A DNA stretch of 32,000 nucleotides from Fastidiosibacter lacustris (GCF_003428155.1 NZ_QLIR01000002.1:120001-152000), one strand, 5' to 3'. Positions 18,013-27,241 are shown, counted from the stretch's first letter. Program-made: numbers and translations. The notes: a model not told the origin generated them from the sequence alone.

Positions 18013-18108
18013 CTTTTACTTTGTCGTTCAAATAAACTGTTACCATCTAAAGACTTTTATAAAACTCTGCGTATAATGCTGGATAAATCCATCGTTACTT
18101 AGATCATA

Positions 18109-20340
18109 ATGAATTACGCAAATCAAGCAAACCCTATAGAAGATAAGATATATTCCCTATTTGCCAGTTGTGCTAAAGGCATTGAGCTCTTGCTAAAAGA
18201 TGAGCTTTTGAACTTAGGTGCACTAAGTGCACAAGAGAAATTAGCAGGGGTAATGTTTGAAGCATCATTGTCAACGAGTTACAAAATATGTTTACATTCC
18301 AGGCTTGCCAATCAAGTGCAGCTAAAACTTAACGAATTCAAGTTTAAAGATATAGATACTTTTTATAACGTGTTATATGGTTTGCCGTGGAATAGTTACT
18401 TTAGCGTTGATAAGTCAATTAAGATTGAAGTCTCTGGTAAACATCAAGCCTTTAATAACACTCAATTTGCGGCACAAAAAGCAAAAGATGCAATTGTGGA
18501 TTGTTTTCGTGACCAAATGGATGAGCGTCCTAATGTTGCGTTGGATATGCCGGATATTTTTATTGCTATTCATTTTCAAAAAGATGAGGCTTATATTTAT
18601 TTGTCTTTGAGCGGTGAGAGTTTACATCGTAGAGGTTATCGATTAGCTCAAGGTGAGGCTCCGTTAAAAGAAACCTTAGCTGCTGCGATTTTAGTACGTT
18701 TGGGGTGGATAGAAATGCTAAAGACAGAAGCGCCAATATTGGTAGATCCTATGTGTGGCTCAGGTACTTTACTGATTGAAGCGGCAATGATGACATATGA
18801 TATTGCACCAAATTTAAATCGTGAAAATTTTTGTTTTATGCAATGGCGGAATTTTGACGTAGATGTTTGGAAAAGCTTGAAAGCACAAGCCATCGAAGCA
18901 AAAAAAGCTGGGTTAAAAAATCAGAATGTTCGTTTTATTGGCTATGATTATGATGAGAAAGTGATTGCTAAGGCAAAGGAAAATGTTTTAGCTCTAGGAC
19001 TGACTGAATATATAGAGTTAGCGGTTAAGGACGTTAAGTATTTAACTAATTTAACCAAATCACACACGGGGTTGATTGTAACCAATCCGCCTTATGGCGA
19101 GCGCTTATATTATAATGAAACCGAAAAATTGATACGTCTATTTAAAACGTTTGGACAGATGCTTATAACCGAATTTAAAGGTTGGCGCGTGGGAATATTT
19201 AGTGCAGCAAGCGATTCGGTCAAGGCATTGGGATTGAGAGCATTCAAACACAATAAGTTTTTTAATGGTGCTTTAGCAACGACTTTGTACCAGTTTGAAA
19301 TTTCTGATCAGTGGGTCATGAAGCATGAAACAACTAAACAAAAGTTAATGCGTCAAGCAAGTAATGCAATTTTACAGGATGATGCACATTTGGCATTTAA
19401 AAACCGCTTATCAAAAAATCATCAGCAATTACAAAAATGGGCAGTTCAGCAGGAAATCGAATGTTATCGTGTATATGATGCTGATATTCCAGAGTATGCA
19501 GTAGCAGTTGATTTGTATCATAGAAATGCCCACATTCAAGAATATCAGATGGGGAAAAACGTTGATCAAAAACTTGCGCAAAAGCGCTTACTACAAATGG
19601 TTTATCATGTAAGTGAAGTGCTAGGGGTGAAGTATGACAATATTTATGTTAAAACAAGGCAAAGGCAGCAAGGCGCAAAGCAATATGAGAAACAATCCGA
19701 AATAGGGCAATTTCGTGTGGTTAAAGAACATGACTGCTTGTATTACGTAAACTTTACGGATTACCTAGATACAGGTTTATTTTTGGACCACAGGAAAATG
19801 CGTCAGCTGGTTGCCAAGGCAAGCACAAATAAAACACTGTTGAACCTATTTTGCTATACCTGTACGGCAAGTGTGCAATCAGCCTTAAAGGGTGCCAAGA
19901 CCATTAATGTTGATATGTCTAAAACTTATTTAGAATGGGGTAAACGTAATTTTAATCTCAATAAAATAGACCTAAGTCAGCATTTATTTATTCAGGAAGA
20001 TTGCTTTAGTTGGTTAAAATCAGCATTTAAGATGCGTAAAAAGTTTGATGTAATTTTTTTGGATCCGCCAACGTTTTCAAACTCTAAGCGAATGCAGAAT
20101 GTGTTAGATATTCAGAAAGATCAGCTGGAACTCATTGAACTTACAATGCAGTTGTTGACAAAAGATGGTGTGCTTTATTTTTCGAACAACTTCCGGAAGT
20201 TTAAGTTTGATGAAAGCTTGATGAAGAAATTTAATTGTCAAAATATAGATGATAAATGCCTCTCGCGTGATTTTTTAAGGCGCCCTAATATCCATCATTG
20301 TTGGGAGATTAGGGAGTTTAGAAAAATGGTAAAGAACTAA
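18109..20340 (+). CDS. rlmL: bifunctional 23S rRNA methyltransferase RlmKL (m2G2445/m7G2069)
   Basis: THUMP-containing N-terminus, SAM motif LVDPMCGSGTLLIEAA, catalytic TNPPYGERL, and a second methyltransferase domain (LNLFCYTC...IFLDPPTFSNSKR). 743 aa. Confidence 0.88.
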   Translation: MNYANQANPIEDKIYSLFASCAKGIELLLKDELLNLGALSAQEKLAGVMFEASLSTSYKICLHSRLANQVQLKLNEFKFKDIDTFYNVLYGLPWNSYFSVDKSIKIEVSGKHQAFNNTQFAAQKAKDAIVDCFRDQMDERPNVALDMPDIFIAIHFQKDEAYIYLSLSGESLHRRGYRLAQGEAPLKETLAAAILVRLGWIEMLKTEAPILVDPMCGSGTLLIEAAMMTYDIAPNLNRENFCFMQWRNFDVDVWKSLKAQAIEAKKAGLKNQNVRFIGYDYDEKVIAKAKENVLALGLTEYIELAVKDVKYLTNLTKSHTGLIVTNPPYGERLYYNETEKLIRLFKTFGQMLITEFKGWRVGIFSAASDSVKALGLRAFKHNKFFNGALATTLYQFEISDQWVMKHETTKQKLMRQASNAILQDDAHLAFKNRLSKNHQQLQKWAVQQEIECYRVYDADIPEYAVAVDLYHRNAHIQEYQMGKNVDQKLAQKRLLQMVYHVSEVLGVKYDNIYVKTRQRQQGAKQYEKQSEIGQFRVVKEHDCLYYVNFTDYLDTGLFLDHRKMRQLVAKASTNKTLLNLFCYTCTASVQSALKGAKTINVDMSKTYLEWGKRNFNLNKIDLSQHLFIQEDCFSWLKSAFKMRKKFDVIFLDPPTFSNSKRMQNVLDIQKDQLELIELTMQLLTKDGVLYFSNNFRKFKFDESLMKKFNCQNIDDKCLSRDFLRRPNIHHCWEIREFRKMVKN

Positions 20341-20890
20341 GGTTAACATCTATGCCATTTTCGCGTGCTTGACGTAGCCAGTAGTTGGATTTAAATAAAT
20401 TGGCAGACACTCCTATCCCTTTTTTATACATATAGGCAAGGTAAATTTGTGCATGTGGATAGTCGTTTTTTGCTGCTTTTTCTATCCAATAAAAACCTAC
20501 TGCAGGATTAGATTGTACGCCTAACCCTTGAAAATACATAAGACCAAGCTTAAATTGTGCTTCAGCATAACCAGTTGCCGCAGAATATTGAATATAATCA
20601 ACTGCCTTATCAATATTGTAATTATCCACATTACTTTGCTGGCTATATTCTATTCCTTTATTGTATGCGTCTTTAGGAGAAAGATTACGGTAGTTGGTTT
20701 TATTTTCAGCATCGTTTTGCTTTTTAGTGACATGTCCATTTTGATTGTTAGTAGTAGCAGTTGTAGTTTCGGTACGATCAATTGTGTTAGCGTGAGTCTT
20801 GTGAAAAACAACAATCACTATTGCCGATATCAAAAGGCAAAAAAGGCTTAAAATTGACCAAAATGAAGGCTGTTTTTTTGTAATACTCAT
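20318..20890 (-). CDS. Sel1-repeat (TPR-like) protein with N-terminal signal anchor
   Basis: Sel1 repeats: GYAEAQFKLGLMYFQGLGVQSNPAVGFYWIEKAAKNDYPHAQIYLAYMYKKGIGVSANLFKSNYWLRQA. The N-terminus is a hydrophobic segment, SFWSILSLFCLLISAIVIVVF. I prefer the ATG at 20890 (GGAG 6 nt upstream) over the ORF-track start at 20902. Confidence 0.75.
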   Translation of the reverse strand: MSITKKQPSFWSILSLFCLLISAIVIVVFHKTHANTIDRTETTTATTNNQNGHVTKKQNDAENKTNYRNLSPKDAYNKGIEYSQQSNVDNYNIDKAVDYIQYSAATGYAEAQFKLGLMYFQGLGVQSNPAVGFYWIEKAAKNDYPHAQIYLAYMYKKGIGVSANLFKSNYWLRQARENGIDVNLSSLPFF

Positions 20891-20916
20891 AATATACTCC
20901 AAACTTCTCGGGGCTA

Positions 20917-21774
20917 TTATGCCTTGTTATGTAAATGCTCACAAGCAAATAACGTATTTTCAAGTAGGGTCACAATGGTCATAGGACCTACACCACCTGG
21001 CACCGGAGTAATATATGCAACTTTATCGATGGCGCCATTAAAGTCGACATCGCCTACAATACTACCATCTTCGAGGCGATTAATCCCAACATCGATAACA
21101 ACGGCATCTTTTTTAAGCCATTTACCTTGAATAAACTGAGGTTTGCCAACAGCCGCAACGACTATATCGGCGCGACTTAAATGCGCTTGTAAATCCGTTG
21201 TGAATCGATGACAAGTTGTAACGGTTGCGCCTGCTAATAGAAGCTCCATTAACATCGGACGACCAACAATGTTTGATGCTCCCACGATAACAGCATGCTT
21301 ACCCTTAAAAGTATCTATAGTAGATTCTAATAGTGTCATGACACCTTTAGGAGTACAAGGGCGCAGTAGGGGATTTCTTTGCATAAGTTTGCCAATGTTA
21401 TAAGGGTGGAAACCATCGACATCCTTATCAGGGCGAATCGCCTCTAGAATGCGTTCAGCGTCGATGTGTTGTGGCAAAGGTAGCTGTATCAAGATACCAT
21501 CAATTGTAGGATCATTATTTAGTTTATCGATTAAACTAAATAAAGTGTCATTATCGGTATCAGTAGCCAAATCATAGTTTTGAGAGAGAAAGCCAACTTC
21601 TTCACAAGCTTTACGTTTGTTATTAACATATATCCGAGAAGCTGGATCGTTACCAACAATAACAACGGCAAGACCCGGGAGGCGTTTACCCTTATTTTTG
21701 AGCTCAACAACATGTTGCTTGATATTTAACCTGATTTCTTTGGCTTTTTGTTTGCCATCAATGATGCTACCCAT
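20917..21774 (-). CDS. folD: bifunctional methylenetetrahydrofolate dehydrogenase/cyclohydrolase
   Basis: FolD signatures [36 protein letters not shown] and [19 protein letters not shown]. 285 aa. Confidence 0.92.
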   Translation of the reverse strand: MGSIIDGKQKAKEIRLNIKQHVVELKNKGKRLPGLAVVIVGNDPASRIYVNNKRKACEEVGFLSQNYDLATDTDNDTLFSLIDKLNNDPTIDGILIQLPLPQHIDAERILEAIRPDKDVDGFHPYNIGKLMQRNPLLRPCTPKGVMTLLESTIDTFKGKHAVIVGASNIVGRPMLMELLLAGATVTTCHRFTTDLQAHLSRADIVVAAVGKPQFIQGKWLKKDAVVIDVGINRLEDGSIVGDVDFNGAIDKVAYITPVPGGVGPMTIVTLLENTLFACEHLHNKA

Positions 21775-22025
21775 ATTCGCTTACTGTACACATTCCATTT
21801 ATTGGCTGTATATAATAGTCAATCTAGCGGTTATTTAAAACAAGAAGTTATCTTAAATTAGTGAGTTTTTTTATTAACTAGATGTATATATTTTGTGGTT
21901 TTAAAACTATCAAAAATTTTATTGGAAGATTATCCATAAGTATGATAGTTTTCTTTGCCATCTAAACTAATCATCTAGGTAACGTTCCTTGCAAGTGATA
22001 TATGGGATGAATCTAAAATAAAGAT

Positions 22026-22814
22026 GTGCGGAAAATGAAAGAAAAAAATAATAACCTTCAGAAGATAGAGCAATTTCGTTTAGATGAGCTAATTAATGAG
22101 ATACTGATGACATTTAGTTGTTGTGGTGTGGATTACGCGTTAGTAAATCAATCGTTTACTTGGTGTACCCCTTTGCATGCTCATAGATATATTTATCGTT
22201 TTTATGGCAATAAGAACCAATATTGCTATCAAGATCCTTATCATAACTATAATTTAATTGGTTTATTGCCAAGATTTTGCCACTTATCTGAGATTGCAGT
22301 ACATGCAAAAGCTTGGCAAGAGTTGTTTACTCCTGAGCATTCTAAGTATGGCGATTGCTATGCCGTATCTTATTACTTTTGGGGTGATACTAATATACAT
22401 CGTTTTGTACTTTATTTTGATAATATCCATAATATAACCACGCTTTATCTTCGGTTTATAGATCTGTACCATACGCTAAACAAGCTTGTTTCTCATATTG
22501 CACCGTTAGTGACAAAATTTTTTGATGAGTTTGTCATTTACCCTGAACAGCTATCTTCATTAGCATTACCACCACATTGGTTAAGAGCGCATAAACATAA
22601 AAATATTCAGGTAGAATTTAACCTAAGTGATAAGGAAATGCACTTTTTTACGCTTTTAGGTCAGGGAATAACAGAAAGAAATGAATTGGCCCAGCACATG
22701 AATGCCTCAACACGCACTGTAGATAACTATATTCAAAAATTAAAGCAATTATTTCGTTTGACAGATAGTTATGAGTTGTTTGAATATATAAAGCGATATT
22801 GGCTGTTGGAGTAA
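22026..22814 (+). CDS. LuxR/GerE-type HTH transcriptional regulator with uncharacterised N-terminal domain
   Basis: C-terminal HTH: LSDKEMHFFTLLGQGITERNELAQHMNASTRTVDNYIQKLKQLF. I do not recognise the roughly 190-aa Y/H/C-rich N-domain. Alternative ATG at 22035. Confidence 0.7.
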   Translation: MRKMKEKNNNLQKIEQFRLDELINEILMTFSCCGVDYALVNQSFTWCTPLHAHRYIYRFYGNKNQYCYQDPYHNYNLIGLLPRFCHLSEIAVHAKAWQELFTPEHSKYGDCYAVSYYFWGDTNIHRFVLYFDNIHNITTLYLRFIDLYHTLNKLVSHIAPLVTKFFDEFVIYPEQLSSLALPPHWLRAHKHKNIQVEFNLSDKEMHFFTLLGQGITERNELAQHMNASTRTVDNYIQKLKQLFRLTDSYELFEYIKRYWLLE

Positions 22815-22818
22815 ATTG

Positions 22819-24195
22819 TTAGAGTGGATTTCCGTTTGGGTCGTAACTACCTATTTTAGTTGTGATACCTATATTATTTATATATTGTTGTGTAGAATGG
22901 ATTGGGGAGCAATAAATTTGAATAATACTATTGATTATATGTGCTTGATAAGTCGAGTAATAATCAAACTTATTGCAATACGTTGTTACAATAGATGCGC
23001 TAGAATTGCGTATAGTAATGTTATTTAGGTAGCTGTGTTGTAACTTAGTGATATCTAACAAGTTTGAAGTTTCAACTTGGTTAAAATATAGGGTATATGA
23101 AGGGATATTGTTTCTTTCTACCTCTCCAACAAAAGTTGACACATCATTAGTCTTGATATTGTTGAAATATATGTTATTTGTTTTTATAACCTCATGATTA
23201 TCTAAGTAAAAAAATGTATTAGCATTTATTGCTATAAAGTTTTCAAACTGGGTATTTGGTTGAATGTAAAGATTTCCACCTTCCAAGATTGCATGGTTTT
23301 CCCCATCAATGATGATACCTTGTGGAACCTTGATAGGCTCGGTAATTTTATAGGTAGTTGGAGCAAGCTTAATAATGACAGGATGATCCGCATCAAGTTT
23401 AGGTGAGATGTTTGGATCATTTTGTGCAATATTGATCACATCCTGTAATGATTGCCCACTATGCCCGTAAATGACACGATCTGATATTGCAAAGCCTTGT
23501 TTAGCTATGTTATCTACTCGAGTAGATAGATTCGTCAATTTTGTATTATATTTTTCATCTAAATCCGTTACAAAACCTTCTGTCTTATTAGCGCTATCTT
23601 TTGCTTCTTTAGCATTATTTTCAGCAGTGCTAATTCTTATATCGAACTGATCGACTTTATCGGCAGAAGATTTAGCTGCATCAGCGGTTTGTTTAGCATC
23701 ATTAGCCTTTTGTTTTGCTTCTGTGGCATTGCTTTCAACAGTAGCAATCCTACTATCATAACTAGAAACTTTAGTCGTAGCTTCTTGAGCAGCTATTGAA
23801 GCAGCATCTGCTGTTTTATTGGCGCCTGCTGCAATTTGTTGAGCAGAAGTGGCATCACTTTCTGCATTAATTAATCTTGTATCAAATGTCTTAACAGTTG
23901 CTGCTGCATTTTGGGCAATCGTATTTGCTGCATTGGCAGTTTGTTGTGCATTTACTGCATTTTCATTTGCCGTGTTAGCAGTTATTTCAGCAGAGTTAGC
24001 ATGGGTTTCAGCGTTATGCGTTTGATTTGTGAGTATTTCAATACTAGCGTTAATAGGTCTTTTCCAGCTTGTATTAAGGTCTACGGCTAACTCTCCAACG
24101 TGAGTGACGTTAGTTGGTAAATCTGGTACTGTATCTGCATAACTTAGTATAGTGAGAGCTAAACCAAGTGTTGTTATAATAAGTTTTGCTTTCAT
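22819..24195 (-). CDS. secreted protein: signal peptide, alanine-rich tandem-repeat stalk and N/I-rich C-terminal domain (possible beta-helix)
   Basis: Strong SD (AAGGAG 9 nt upstream) and signal peptide MKAKLIITTLGLALTILSYA/DT. About 40-aa tandem repeats follow (see the repeat feature). The C-terminal half is rich in short N/I/T repeats (NNIYFNNIKTNDVS, YLNNITIRNSSASI). Confidence 0.75.
   Translation of the reverse strand: MKAKLIITTLGLALTILSYADTVPDLPTNVTHVGELAVDLNTSWKRPINASIEILTNQTHNAETHANSAEITANTANENAVNAQQTANAANTIAQNAAATVKTFDTRLINAESDATSAQQIAAGANKTADAASIAAQEATTKVSSYDSRIATVESNATEAKQKANDAKQTADAAKSSADKVDQFDIRISTAENNAKEAKDSANKTEGFVTDLDEKYNTKLTNLSTRVDNIAKQGFAISDRVIYGHSGQSLQDVINIAQNDPNISPKLDADHPVIIKLAPTTYKITEPIKVPQGIIIDGENHAILEGGNLYIQPNTQFENFIAINANTFFYLDNHEVIKTNNIYFNNIKTNDVSTFVGEVERNNIPSYTLYFNQVETSNLLDITKLQHSYLNNITIRNSSASIVTTYCNKFDYYSTYQAHIINSIIQIYCSPIHSTQQYINNIGITTKIGSYDPNGNPL
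23575..23895 (-). repeat. in-frame tandem repeats (about 40 aa, 2.7 copies) inside the secreted-protein gene
   Basis: Units: VKTFDTRLINAESDATSAQQIAAGANKTADAASIAAQEATT / KVSSYDSRIATVESNATEAKQKANDAKQTADAAKSSADK / VDQFDIRISTAENNAKEAKDSANKTEG. An A/N/T-rich tract (aa 57-100) precedes them. Confidence 0.8.
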
Positions 24196-24402
24196 TTATG
24201 TTTTCTCCTTTTGATTTTAGTAATTGGTTTTCTTGATAAAAATTTGTATCCAAAGTTTTGTAGATTCATCTTTGCTGGTGATACGCTTATCGTGGTAATT
24301 GATTGGCTATGATTAGAATAGTTTTGAAGTTATTTATCACTTTTAATTTAAGTGAATATATACTTTAGTACCCAAAATTAAAGATTAAAAGCAAACTAAA
24401 GG

Positions 24403-25170
24403 TTAAAAATGGTATCCTAAGCTGGCAGATAGATTGAGCATATTTGGTACATAGCTACTACCATAATAAGGACCATAAATATTTTTACCAATACCAAAAA
24501 TATACTTGGCTTCTATCCCTAGTGTAAAAGCATAGGGTAATTGGTATTGATACTCAATCGCCAAAAATGGGCGAATATTAATTTTAGAGCTTTTTGTCAG
24601 CTGTGGGTTTTGATAATTAGGTAAAGTTGTTTGTGGACTAAATTTGGAAAAAACTATAGTGGGTCCAGCAGAAAATAAAATTTCACTATTCACACTTGGT
24701 ATTGGTAGATGAGTAGTAGTATAAAAATCAACCCCAGAAAAAGCCATTTTGCTATAGCCATTTGCTTGAATCACTGTTCCATTATCATTATCAAGTTGTG
24801 ATTTTGTACTGCCTGCATTCCAATAGCTAACAGCAAATGACAAATATTTAAATGGACGTATGCCAAATTTAGCAGCAAAGTATGGTGACCATTGTTTGCT
24901 TGATTGATAAATGTCATCAGAGCCCCAGGGCTGAGTGATAATTTGTTTTGCACTAGGAAAAGCCTTGTATGATGCTCCACCATAGATATTAATATAAAAC
25001 CAATAGTTAGTAGCTTGCGTTGTATAATGATCATCTTGTGCTAAGGTTTGTTGAATGGCTCTATCTAAGTCAGATATCGAATTGATTGAAAGATTATTAG
25101 TATTTGAGTCGGCATAACTTATCGTATTGATAATGCCAATTAAAGGTAATATAAAGCTAATTTTTTTCAT
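24403..25170 (-). CDS. small outer-membrane beta-barrel protein
   Basis: Signal peptide MKKISFILPLIGIINTISYA, alternating aromatic/hydrophobic strand patterns, and a C-terminal ...LSASLGYHF ending in Phe (OMP sorting signature). Confidence 0.7.
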   Translation of the reverse strand: MKKISFILPLIGIINTISYADSNTNNLSINSISDLDRAIQQTLAQDDHYTTQATNYWFYINIYGGASYKAFPSAKQIITQPWGSDDIYQSSKQWSPYFAAKFGIRPFKYLSFAVSYWNAGSTKSQLDNDNGTVIQANGYSKMAFSGVDFYTTTHLPIPSVNSEILFSAGPTIVFSKFSPQTTLPNYQNPQLTKSSKINIRPFLAIEYQYQLPYAFTLGIEAKYIFGIGKNIYGPYYGSSYVPNMLNLSASLGYHF

Positions 25171-25239
25171 TGCTGGTCTCTTCTCTTCTTTAGTCTATGT
25201 AAAACAGGGTGAAGTGTATTGAAAAACCTAAACAAGATC

Positions 25240-25278
25240 ATGATGAAATTAAAATGTTAGACAAAATGATGAAATTAA
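25240..25278. promoter_or_regulatory. 13-nt direct repeat pair in the dotN-OMP intergenic region
   Basis: ATGATGAAATTAA occurs at 25240-25252 and 25266-25278 (26-nt period), 70-108 nt upstream of the OMP gene start on the - strand. Confidence 0.2.
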
Positions 25279-25319
25279 CGTAATTATATTGCAGGTATTT
25301 GAAACCTTGATTCAGTAAA

Positions 25320-25886
25320 TCACTGTATGAGTTGAAAAGTTGTTAGCAGCTCGAAACTAGGCAGCCATCGAAGGTGGGATAAAAGAGGATGGTTGTCAGC
25401 ATAAGGTTTGAGTAATAAACCAAGGTGATCTTTAAAGTTTGCTTGAAAGCCAATAATTTCATCTAAAGGCTGGGAGTGTTCTGAAAGCTCCAATATAGCT
25501 TCTTGAATAGCAAAAACATTATTCTTTTGTTTAACCATTGTTTGCCACTGATGGTAGTAATGGTTGAGTGTCTCTTGAGATTTTGTTGGTAGATAAATAA
25601 TATATTGCTTAGGTACTTCGTTGTGAAAGGTCAGATCCAATAATTGAACATAACTACAAAAACCACATGCCAGTGTAAGGTTTTGCCAATCGTTATTATG
25701 GTAGTTATGATCAAGATTGATGATATAAAGTGAAGTGTTTTGTTGTTTACAAAAGTAACAACTCTCTTGTTGTTGAGCGAGTTTTTGAAAACAAGCATTA
25801 TACTTTGGTGCATGTAAACGCTTTAAAAATAACTGCCCATTCATGGGAATAGACAAAAGCTTTAGCGGTATTTCAGATTTTGTCAT
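25320..25886 (-). CDS. dotN: Dot/Icm type IVB coupling-complex zinc protein DotN (IcmJ)
   Basis: Cys pattern CYFCKQQ...IINLDHNYHNNDWQNLTLACGFC, then IIYLP and LRWLPS. This matches the L. pneumophila IcmJ pattern as I recall it (C.FC...NLD..Y.NN...NL..AC.FC, IYLP, RLLPS). It overlaps dotM by 14 nt. Confidence 0.75.
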   Translation of the reverse strand: MTKSEIPLKLLSIPMNGQLFLKRLHAPKYNACFQKLAQQQESCYFCKQQNTSLYIINLDHNYHNNDWQNLTLACGFCSYVQLLDLTFHNEVPKQYIIYLPTKSQETLNHYYHQWQTMVKQKNNVFAIQEAILELSEHSQPLDEIIGFQANFKDHLGLLLKPYADNHPLLSHLRWLPSFELLTTFQLIQ

Positions 25887-26952
25887 GATTTAATAACTCA
25901 TAAAGTTGATATTCATGTTGTAAAGCATTGATAACGTTTTGAACCATTGGTGAAGACATAGGTGTTTTTATCGCTTCTTCAAATTTCCAATGTGCAGTAA
26001 TAGCTGCACCTTCGCTAAAGAATGTTTTTCTGCCCACATTGTTTAAAGCATACCAAAGGGTACGGTTAACTTTTTTTAACCATAAAAATGATGCGGAAGG
26101 GACAATTCCACTTTTCCTTGCTGTGTGTAAAAGTGCACATATAAGTGTGTAGGTGTAATGGTGTTGAGAAATAATTGCTTGGATATCTGAATGAGAAATA
26201 CATTCGGTTAAGTGCGCATTAATAAATTGATTTAATTTGCGCGTGTTAATATATTTTTTAAATGAATTTGAGTTGTTGGTAAACTCGGCATTTAAATAAC
26301 CAAAAAGCTTGTCAGCTTGTTTGCGCTTATCGCAGATACACAACGAAAAAGCAACAAATAACCCATATATTTCAATAGCCATTTGCTTTGTTCCAAGCCA
26401 ACGTGAGCCTAGTTGTTGGCTTAAGTTATTATGTAGTGCATGGATATCAAGTTGCTTGTTTTCTATAAGTTTGTATTTTTGTAAATATTGAACCGGCGTT
26501 AAAGCAATATCAAAAGCAGAATCAACATTGCCTTGTAGGTCGTTTGGGAGGCAGACTTTTTTAAAATGTTTTCCAATAAAGCGCGATAAACTTTGCATTG
26601 AAAACGTTTGGCGATATTTCCGACTCGGGTGAAAGAAAAAAAGTATTCCGATAAGACCTGTGCCGACGATCCAGAATAGTGGTTTAAAAGCATCGGATAT
26701 GTTGTAAGCTAAATACTTAAGTTGCTTAAGTGTGACAGTAGATTCTAATACATGATTACACCAATTCATAAGCATCATATAACGCGTATCCCACGACATG
26801 ATAATCATTAGCTCAAGGCGTTTAATCAAAAAAACAACTCTAATGATCTGGTTGTGAAACAACCAATAAAATAGCAGTAGCATTAATAAAATAATGGATA
26901 CGACGTAAAAAGGTGCCATCCCGTCGTCATTGTTATTAGGTGCATTAGCCAT
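25873..26952 (-). CDS. dotM: Dot/Icm type IVB coupling-complex membrane protein DotM (IcmP)
   Basis: The N-terminus DDGMAPFYVVSIILLMLLLFYWLFHNQIIRVVF resembles the DotM N-terminal TM hairpin. Size (359 aa) and position between dotL and dotN fit. Identity rests on memory of the family plus context. Confidence 0.7.
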   Translation of the reverse strand: MANAPNNNDDGMAPFYVVSIILLMLLLFYWLFHNQIIRVVFLIKRLELMIIMSWDTRYMMLMNWCNHVLESTVTLKQLKYLAYNISDAFKPLFWIVGTGLIGILFFFHPSRKYRQTFSMQSLSRFIGKHFKKVCLPNDLQGNVDSAFDIALTPVQYLQKYKLIENKQLDIHALHNNLSQQLGSRWLGTKQMAIEIYGLFVAFSLCICDKRKQADKLFGYLNAEFTNNSNSFKKYINTRKLNQFINAHLTECISHSDIQAIISQHHYTYTLICALLHTARKSGIVPSASFLWLKKVNRTLWYALNNVGRKTFFSEGAAITAHWKFEEAIKTPMSSPMVQNVINALQHEYQLYELLNHDKI

Positions 26953-27241
26953 CGTTTTTTTCTCCTAAGATTTTATCTACATTTACTATATTATCTTGCG
27001 CTATACTCAGTAGCGCATCATAGGTAAATAAAATACTCATCAAATCAAATTGAGTATTATTTATGTTTGCCATAGAAGTATCAAAAACATAAAGATAATT
27101 ACTATTAGCCTTTGCAATTAGCGAGTTGATTAACAAACCAGAATGCTTTAATTGAGCAAAATGCTTGTGCTGCTGATTTTCAATAAAGGTTAAGTCATGT
27201 TCTTCACTTAAGTGTTTAATAATGTCTGTCAGTGTCATCAT
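26945..27241 (-). CDS. small IcmS-like adaptor/chaperone candidate
   Basis: 98 aa with no TM segment, translationally coupled on both sides (4-nt and 8-nt overlaps). The segment HSGLLINSLIAKANSN resembles the IcmS segment ETGLLPAIAKRADQL as I recall it. Confidence 0.45.
   Translation of the reverse strand: MMTLTDIIKHLSEEHDLTFIENQQHKHFAQLKHSGLLINSLIAKANSNYLYVFDTSMANINNTQFDLMSILFTYDALLSIAQDNIVNVDKILGEKNDG

Noticed and set aside
24377-24391. Tandem ATTAAAG/ATTAAAAG just after the OMP gene stop
   Set aside because: It is very low-complexity, about 180 nt upstream of the next start codon, and cannot be distinguished from background AT-rich sequence.
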